Shown piece by piece: positions 57,973-64,000 of a DNA stretch of 64,000 bases (positions within the stretch are counted from its first letter, which is position 1; each line of letters opens with the position of its first letter). The stretch is from Frankiaceae bacterium (GTDB lineage Bacteria > Actinomycetota > Actinomycetes > Mycobacteriales > SCTD01): assembly GCA_016650445.1 (NCBI GenBank), contig JAENVS010000017.1, positions 8,076 to 72,075 of the forward strand, in the 5' to 3' direction. The translations under genes and the position numbers were made by a program. The notes beneath the pieces are model-generated. The model did not search any database, had not been told where the DNA came from, and saw nothing but the letters and a program-made list of their open reading frames with translations.

Positions 57973-58115
57973 GGCGCCCTCAACCGGGCTGTCGCCGCCC
58001 TGCTGGCGTGCGAAGGCACCGCCCCGGACTCGCCTAGCCGATCGGTCCCAGCACTCCGAAACGCGTGCCCCCGGTAGTCTTCGGGCAACCCGCCAGCCCG
58101 CAGGAGCGCCCGCGT

Positions 58116-58793
58116 ATGACCCCCCGGATCGGCGTCGTCACGTTCCCCGGCAGCCTTGACGACCGTGACGCCCAACGCGCCGTGCGTCTCGCCGGGGCAG
58201 AGCCCGTGGCCCTGTGGCACGGCGACGCGAGTCTCCACGGCGTCGACGCCGTCGTACTGCCCGGTGGTTTCTCGTACGGCGACTACCTGCGCTGCGGCGC
58301 GATCGCCCGATTCGCCGCCGTCATGGGCACGATCGTCGAGCAGGCCGCGAACGGCCTGCCGGTGCTGGGCATCTGCAATGGCTTCCAGGTGCTGTGCGAG
58401 TCGCACCTGCTGCCGGGGGCACTGACCCGCAACCAGCACCTGCACTTCATCAACCGCGACCAGCGGCTGCGGATCGAGTCGACGAGCACGGTCTGGACGA
58501 GCGAGTACGCCGAGGGCCAGGACATCGTCGTACCGGTCAAGAACGGCGAGGGCTGTTACGTCGCCGACGAGAAGACGCTCGACGAGCTGGAGGCCAGCGG
58601 CCGGGTCGTCGCGCGCTACGTCGGCGGCAACCCCAACGGCAGCAGCCGCGACATCGCCGGTATCGCGAATGCAGCGGGCAACGTCGTCGGCCTGATGCCG
58701 CACCCGGAGCACGCGATCGAGGACCTGACCGGTCCGGGCACCGACGGCCTAACCTTCTTCACCAGCGTGCTCAAGCGTCTGGTCGACGCCTGA
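58116..58793 (+). CDS. purQ: phosphoribosylformylglycinamidine synthase glutaminase subunit PurQ
   Basis: 225 aa from ATG 58116 (RBS CAGGAG). GATase1 nucleophile is LGICNGFQ, and MPHPE is present. Confidence 0.93.
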   Translation: MTPRIGVVTFPGSLDDRDAQRAVRLAGAEPVALWHGDASLHGVDAVVLPGGFSYGDYLRCGAIARFAAVMGTIVEQAANGLPVLGICNGFQVLCESHLLPGALTRNQHLHFINRDQRLRIESTSTVWTSEYAEGQDIVVPVKNGEGCYVADEKTLDELEASGRVVARYVGGNPNGSSRDIAGIANAAGNVVGLMPHPEHAIEDLTGPGTDGLTFFTSVLKRLVDA

Positions 58794-58894
58794 CGTTCCC
58801 GCCGCATCATCACTGTCCACAGATCGCCCCCGGCCTGCTCCGACCGGGCCGTCCTGACTCCAGAGTCGTGACATGCCGGACGTGGAGGAGGACC

Positions 58895-59434
58895 ATGACG
58901 CTGGTGACCGCGCAACCGCTCGCCTGGGACGGCTACACGGTGGCCGACCTCGAGGCGCTGCCCGATGACGCGCTCCGCTATGAGCTCGTCGATGGCGCCC
59001 TGCTGGTGACCCCGCCAGCGATCAACCGGCACGACTTCGCTGCGACCGAGCTCAGTCACCTGCTGCACGACGCCATCCCGCCGGAGTGGCGGGTCTTGGT
59101 CCCCGGCGCGGTTGAGTTCGATCGCCACAACTTCCGCATCCCGGACCTGCTCGTGTTGCAGCGCCTTCGTCCCAAGTACGCCGATCCGGACGACGTCGTG
59201 CTCGCGGTCGAGGTCATGAGCCCGAGCAGCGTGACGACCGACCGGCTCGTCAAGCCGGCGCAGTACGCCGCCGCCGGCATCGCGCACTTCTGGCGGCTCG
59301 AGCTGGTCGACCGGCTCCTCGTCACCTACGCGCTCGAGGGCGACAGCTATCGGGAGACCGGACGGTTCACCGACGCGGTCGTCATCGACGAGCCCGCCCG
59401 GCTTCGCTTCCGGCTCGGGCAACTGCTCGACTGA
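58895..59434 (+). CDS. Uma2-family (DUF820) putative restriction-endonuclease-like protein
   Basis: 179 aa from ATG 58895 (RBS GGAGGAGGA). Contains [16 protein letters not shown] and [10 protein letters not shown], the PD-(D/E)xK-like blocks typical of Uma2. Confidence 0.75.
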   Translation: MTLVTAQPLAWDGYTVADLEALPDDALRYELVDGALLVTPPAINRHDFAATELSHLLHDAIPPEWRVLVPGAVEFDRHNFRIPDLLVLQRLRPKYADPDDVVLAVEVMSPSSVTTDRLVKPAQYAAAGIAHFWRLELVDRLLVTYALEGDSYRETGRFTDAVVIDEPARLRFRLGQLLD

Positions 59435-59454
59435 CCGCCGGTAGCCTCAGCCGG

Positions 59455-61734
59455 GTGACCCTCGACACCGTCGACCGCGCGACGCAGACCCCTGACGAGG
59501 AGCAGCCCTTCCTCGAGCTGGGCCTGAAGGACGACGAGTACGCCAAGGTGCGCGCCATCCTCGGTCGCCGGCCCACCCAGACCGAGCTGGCGATGTACTC
59601 GATCATGTGGAGCGAGCACTGCTCCTACAAGTCGAGCAAGGTCTACTTCTCGCGCGAGTTCGGCCGGATCCCCAAGGGCGACAGCATGCTCGTCGGCATG
59701 GGCGAGAACGCCGGCGTGGTCGGCGTCGGTGAGGGGCTCGCCGTCACGTTCAAGGTGGAGAGCCACAACCACCCGTCGTACGTCGAGCCGTACCAGGGCG
59801 CGGCCACCGGTATCGGCGGCATCGTGCGCGACATCCTGACGATGGGCGCGCGTCCGATCCTGGTGATGGACCCCCTGCGCTTCGGCGACGCCGATCACCC
59901 CGACACCAAGCGCGTGCTGCCGGGGATCGTCGCGGGCATCGGCGGCTACGGGAACTGCCTCGGCCTGCCCAACATCGGCGGCGAGGTCGTGTTCGACCCG
60001 TCGTACCAAGGCAATCCGCTCGTCAACGCGCTGTGCCTCGGTGTGATGCCGGTCGATCGCATCCAGCTGTCCGCCGCGAGGGGTGTCGGCAACATCGTGG
60101 TGCTGCTCGGCGCGAAGACCGGGCGAGACGGCATCGGCGGTGTGTCCGTCCTCGCTTCCGCCACGTTCGACGATGACGGGCCGGCCCGCCGCCCGAGCGT
60201 CCAGGTCGGCGATCCGTTCATGGAGAAGCTGCTCATAGAGGCCTGCCTCGAGATGTACGACGCAGAGCTGGTCCAGGGCATCCAAGACCTCGGCGGGGCG
60301 GGCCTCACCTGCGCGCTGACCGAGACGAGTGCGGCAGGCAAGAGCGGCATGCACGCCTACCTCGAGCGGGTGCCGCTGCGCGAGGCCTCGATGGAGCCAC
60401 ACGAGATCCTCGCCAGCGAGTCGCAGGAGCGGATGCTCGCGATCGTCACGCCGGATGACCTGCCTTCGGTGCTGGCCATCGCCGAGAAGTGGGGCGTGCT
60501 CGGGACCGCTATCGGTGAGGTCACCGATGGCGACCGGCTGATCGTCACCTGGCACGACGAGGTCGTGGTCGACGTGCCGCCCGGGTCGCTCGCCGACGAC
60601 GGGCCGATCTATGAGCGACCGACGGCGAGACCTGCCGACCAGGACGCTTTGGCCGCGACGCCGCTCCCGGACTACCCCACCGCGACCAAGGAGTTGCTGC
60701 TCCGCATGGTCGCCAGTCCCAACCTGTGCAGCCGCAGGTGGGTCGTCGAGCAGTACGACCGCGTCGTCATGGGCGACACGGTGCTTGCGTGGCCCGAGGA
60801 CGCCGGTGTGGTCCGGCTGTCGGAGGAGACCAACCTCGGCATTGCCCTCGCAACCGACGGCAACGGCCGCTACACCCGGCTCGATCCGTACGCCGGAGCC
60901 CAGCTCGCCCTGGCCGAGGCGTACCGCAACGTCGCGACCACGGGTGCTGTCCCGATCGCGATCACGGACTGCTTGAACTTCGGCTCACCCGAGGACCCCG
61001 GCGTGATGTGGCAGTTTGCCGAGGCGACCCGCGGCCTGGCCGACGCGTGCATCGAGCTCGGTATCCCCGTCACCGGCGGCAATGTGAGCTTCTACAACCA
61101 GACCGGTACGACGGCCATCAACCCGACGCCGGTCGTCGGCGTACTGGGACTGCTCGACGACGTCACGCGCCGTACGCCGATGGGCTGGCGTGAGGAGGGG
61201 CTGACTCTTCTCGTGCTCGGGGAGACGTTCGACGAGCTCGGTGGGTCGGAGTGGGCGTGGGCCGAGCACCGGCACCTCGGTGGGCGCCCACCGGCGGTCG
61301 ACCTGGCTCGGGAGAAGGTGCTCGGGGAGGTGCTCGTGACGGGCTCGCGTGACGGGTTGCTCGCCGCGGCGCACGACCTGTCTGACGGCGGGCTCGCGCA
61401 GGCGCTGGTCGAGTCGTCGCTGCGTCACGGTGTCGGCGCCCAGGTGGAGTTCGACGGCGGCATCGACGCGTTCGTCCAGCTGTTCAGCGAGTCGGCGGGC
61501 CGCTGTCTCGTCGCGGTGCCCGCTGCGTACGAGCTCGCGTTCACCCAGCTGTGCGGTGCGCGCGGTCTGCCGTGGACCCGGCTCGGCCTGACCGGCGGCG
61601 ACAGCGTGGACATCGACGGCGTGTTCACCGCGCCGCTGGCTGAGCTGCGAGCGGCGTACGAGGGAACGCTGCCCGCGCTGTTCGGGCCACTGGCCGGCGC
61701 GACGCGCGACGCTCCGGCGGCGCCGGCGCTCTGA
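59455..61734 (+). CDS. purL: phosphoribosylformylglycinamidine synthase subunit PurL (FGAM synthase II)
   Basis: 759 aa with a GTG start. Contains [18 protein letters not shown] and GGNVSFYN. Confidence 0.96.
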   Translation: MTLDTVDRATQTPDEEQPFLELGLKDDEYAKVRAILGRRPTQTELAMYSIMWSEHCSYKSSKVYFSREFGRIPKGDSMLVGMGENAGVVGVGEGLAVTFKVESHNHPSYVEPYQGAATGIGGIVRDILTMGARPILVMDPLRFGDADHPDTKRVLPGIVAGIGGYGNCLGLPNIGGEVVFDPSYQGNPLVNALCLGVMPVDRIQLSAARGVGNIVVLLGAKTGRDGIGGVSVLASATFDDDGPARRPSVQVGDPFMEKLLIEACLEMYDAELVQGIQDLGGAGLTCALTETSAAGKSGMHAYLERVPLREASMEPHEILASESQERMLAIVTPDDLPSVLAIAEKWGVLGTAIGEVTDGDRLIVTWHDEVVVDVPPGSLADDGPIYERPTARPADQDALAATPLPDYPTATKELLLRMVASPNLCSRRWVVEQYDRVVMGDTVLAWPEDAGVVRLSEETNLGIALATDGNGRYTRLDPYAGAQLALAEAYRNVATTGAVPIAITDCLNFGSPEDPGVMWQFAEATRGLADACIELGIPVTGGNVSFYNQTGTTAINPTPVVGVLGLLDDVTRRTPMGWREEGLTLLVLGETFDELGGSEWAWAEHRHLGGRPPAVDLAREKVLGEVLVTGSRDGLLAAAHDLSDGGLAQALVESSLRHGVGAQVEFDGGIDAFVQLFSESAGRCLVAVPAAYELAFTQLCGARGLPWTRLGLTGGDSVDIDGVFTAPLAELRAAYEGTLPALFGPLAGATRDAPAAPAL

Positions 61735-61748
61735 CCTGGCGAGGAGAC

Positions 61749-62477
61749 ATGGCGAGAAGTGCGGCGTACGACGGTGCGCTGAACGCGCTGCTCGCTCAAT
61801 GGGACCGGCTGCTCGAGGTGCTGCCATCCCTCGACCCGACGGCCGACAGCCGCGTCGCGGGGTGGACGGTGCGTGAGGTCGAGGCGCACCTGACCGCGAC
61901 GACCGCCGGGTTGGCTCGCATCATCGCCGCGGACGCGCCGACGGGAGCCGACACGGACATTGCCGGGTGGGCGGCGGCGGCGCCCGGACTGGCCGAGCTC
62001 GTAGATCGCGACGCCCGTGAAGGCGCCGCTGATCTCGCCGGGGCGGTGGATGCGGCGCGGGCCGCCTTGGCGACAGCCGACGAGCGGCAGGTCGTCCAGC
62101 AGCGCACCGGCGCGCACACCCTGCACGACGCCGTGCACTTCCGGATCATCGAGGGCGTCGTGCACGGCATGGACGTCGGCATCGACGCCGATCCGATCGC
62201 GCAACGGATCGCCGTCAAGACCCTCGTCGGCGTCCTCGTGAAGCGGGCACCGGGCCGGTCCGTCGAGCTGCGCATCCCGCCGTACACCGCCGTGCAGCTC
62301 GTCGAGGGCCCGCGGCACACGCGCGGTACGCCGCCCAACGTCGTCGAGATGGGGCCGCGCGCGTTCCTCGACCTCGCGACCGGACGCACGTCGTGGCACG
62401 ACGCGGTGCGTGACGGGCAGGTCCGCGCCAGCGGCGAACGCGCCGACCTGAGCGCCTACCTTCCGGTGGTCTCGTAG
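61749..62477 (+). CDS. sterol-carrier-family / DinB(MDMPI)-like N-terminal domain protein
   Basis: 242 aa. The N-terminus has WTVREVEAHL. The C-terminus is SVELRIPPYTAVQ...VRDGQVRASGERADLSAYLPV. The family name is recalled from actinobacterial annotations. Confidence 0.5.
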   Translation: MARSAAYDGALNALLAQWDRLLEVLPSLDPTADSRVAGWTVREVEAHLTATTAGLARIIAADAPTGADTDIAGWAAAAPGLAELVDRDAREGAADLAGAVDAARAALATADERQVVQQRTGAHTLHDAVHFRIIEGVVHGMDVGIDADPIAQRIAVKTLVGVLVKRAPGRSVELRIPPYTAVQLVEGPRHTRGTPPNVVEMGPRAFLDLATGRTSWHDAVRDGQVRASGERADLSAYLPVVS

Positions 62478-62486
62478 GGTCGGCCG

Positions 62487-64000
62487 ATGAAGGAGCTCAT
62501 CTGGCACCGGCAGCTGCTGCCGGCCCTTGACCGGCATGCCACGGCACCGTTCCTGACCGACGCGTCGACCGGGGTCACGACGACGTACGGCGAGCACGGG
62601 GCGCGGGTGGTGAAGCTGGCCAACGCGATGCGGACCGAGCTGGGTCTTGCCCGCGACGAGCGGTACGCCGTGCTGTCGCTGAACAGCGCGCGCTTCGAGG
62701 AGCTGTATCACGCGGGCTTCCTCGGCGGCGGCGTCGTCAACCCGCTCAACCTGCGGTTCGCACCGCGCGAGCTGACGCATGTGCTCGCCGACTCCGCGAC
62801 CCGCGTGGTGTTCGTCGACGCTGCCTTCGCACCTGTCATCGACGCGGTCCGGGCAGCAGCCGGGGTCACGACGGTCGTGTTGCTCGGCGAGGGGGACGTG
62901 CCGCACGACGTGTCCTACGAGGCGTTGCTGGCTGCCGGCTCGGGCACGGTTCCCGAGGAGCCGGACGAGGATGACCCGGCGATCCTGATGTACACGGGTG
63001 GGACCACCGGGTTGCCGAAGGGCGTGCTGCTCTCGCAGCGGTCGCTGATGCTGACGCTGTACCACATCAAGATGACCGTGCCGCTCGAGGAGCACGACAT
63101 CTACCTGGCGCAGGTGCCGATGTTCCACGCCGCGTCGATGGGCGTCATCGTCGGTACGCCGACCACCGGCGGGCAGATGGTGACGGTGCCGTTCTTCGAT
63201 CCGCCTGCGGTGCTCGACGCGATGGAGAAGTACGCCGCGACGAGCACGATCATGGTGCCGACGATGCTGGCCATGACGTTCGCGCATCCGGCGTACTCGC
63301 CGGAAAGGATGGCGTCGCTGCAGAAGATGACGTACGGCGCCTCACCGATGCCGAGACCCATCCTCGACCGGCTGCGGAGCGAGCAGCCGCAGCTGCTGCT
63401 CTACCAGGGCTACGGGATGACCGAGAGCGCCGCGCTCGTCAGCGTTCTGCTGCCGGAGGACCACCTACGCGAGGACAAGCTGGCGTCGGCGGGTCGTGCG
63501 GTGGCCGGGACCGTGGTGAGCATCCAGGACATCGCCGGCAACGCCCTGCCCGTCGGCGAAGTCGGTGAGGTGTGCATGCGCGGCGGGCAGTTCATGAGCG
63601 AGTACTGGCGCCGGCCCGAGGAGACGGCCGAGGCGTTCCGCGGCGGCTGGTACCACTCCGGAGACGCCGGCTACCTCGACGACGAGGGCTTCCTCTACCT
63701 CGTCGATCGGACCAAGGACATGATCGTCAGCGGTGGCGAGAACGTGTACTCGACCGAGGTCGAGCAGGCCGTCGCCTCGCACCCGGCAGTCGCACAGGTC
63801 GCGGTCATCGGCATCCCCGACGACGTCTGGGGGGAGGCGGTCCATGCCGTCGTCGTGCTGAAGCCGGATGCAGACGTTTCCGCGGAAGCGCTGATCGAGC
63901 ACTGCCGCGGGCTGATCGCGTCGTACAAGGTCCCGAAGTCGGTCGAGTTCCGCACCGAGCCGCTCCCGCTGTCGGGCGCGATGAAGGTGCTCAAGCGCGA
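62487..64000 (+). CDS. acyl-CoA synthetase / AMP-dependent ligase (FadD-like); 3' end lies outside the window
   Basis: Not in the ORF track because there is no stop in the window. The frame is open from ATG 62487 (MKELIWHRQLL...). AMP-binding motif is MYTGGTTGLPKGV; also YGMTE, GWYHSGDAGYLD and SYKVPKSVEF. Confidence 0.9.
   Translation, partial: MKELIWHRQLLPALDRHATAPFLTDASTGVTTTYGEHGARVVKLANAMRTELGLARDERYAVLSLNSARFEELYHAGFLGGGVVNPLNLRFAPRELTHVLADSATRVVFVDAAFAPVIDAVRAAAGVTTVVLLGEGDVPHDVSYEALLAAGSGTVPEEPDEDDPAILMYTGGTTGLPKGVLLSQRSLMLTLYHIKMTVPLEEHDIYLAQVPMFHAASMGVIVGTPTTGGQMVTVPFFDPPAVLDAMEKYAATSTIMVPTMLAMTFAHPAYSPERMASLQKMTYGASPMPRPILDRLRSEQPQLLLYQGYGMTESAALVSVLLPEDHLREDKLASAGRAVAGTVVSIQDIAGNALPVGEVGEVCMRGGQFMSEYWRRPEETAEAFRGGWYHSGDAGYLDDEGFLYLVDRTKDMIVSGGENVYSTEVEQAVASHPAVAQVAVIGIPDDVWGEAVHAVVVLKPDADVSAEALIEHCRGLIASYKVPKSVEFRTEPLPLSGAMKVLKR

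Noticed and set aside
57973-58115. Structured RNA or riboswitch in the purS-purQ spacer
   Set aside because: Only short palindromes are present (GGGCGCCC, CCGATCGG). I saw no resemblance to a known purine or ZTP-type motif.

Overview
This is a high-GC actinobacterial chromosomal segment (about 70% GC by eye, not computed). It is densely coded and mostly core metabolism. The gene neighbourhood recalls the mycobacterial dcd / Rv0338c / dnaK-grpE-dnaJ-hspR / clpB / pyrE / fba / purA region. Reading left to right: the 3' end of a 2-oxoacid dehydrogenase operon (E1-beta, E2); two divergent paralogous BNR/Asp-box proteins; an ECF sigma / anti-sigma / ABC operon; a long acyl-CoA dehydrogenase; an ArsR regulator; tRNA-Gly(CCC); dcd; a membrane Fe-S oxidoreductase; the HspR-controlled dnaK operon; an OmpR/HK two-component pair; an ApbE-centred redox operon; clpB; a third, 950-aa BNR protein; pyrE; LemA; a second ECF sigma/anti-sigma pair; DedA; a flavoprotein disulfide reductase; a TolB-like secreted protein; fba; a riboswitch-preceded rpf gene; FetAB-like ABC genes; and a scattered purine regulon (purA, purD, purE-like, purB, purC, purS, purQ, purL) interleaved with small accessory genes. 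I saw no rRNA, CRISPR array, transposase or integrase. The most notable observations are these. (1) dcd is split in frame by a 181-aa mini-intein that has Ala1 plus the Trp(B:12)/Cys(F:4)/Thr(G:5) triad of class 3 inteins. (2) A five-gene, translationally coupled operon encodes ApbE, a di-heme ferric-reductase-type membrane protein, a NuoF-like protein and a ferredoxin, but no recognisable flavinylation target. (3) A 38-nt duplicate of the tRNA-Gly 3' half lies 560 bp downstream of the tRNA, which looks like the att scar of a decayed integrative element. (4) A ydaO-type (c-di-AMP) riboswitch-like leader precedes the rpf gene. (5) A protein-coding signal with a TM helix has no canonical start codon. 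All functional calls come from motif recognition by eye. No database search was run.
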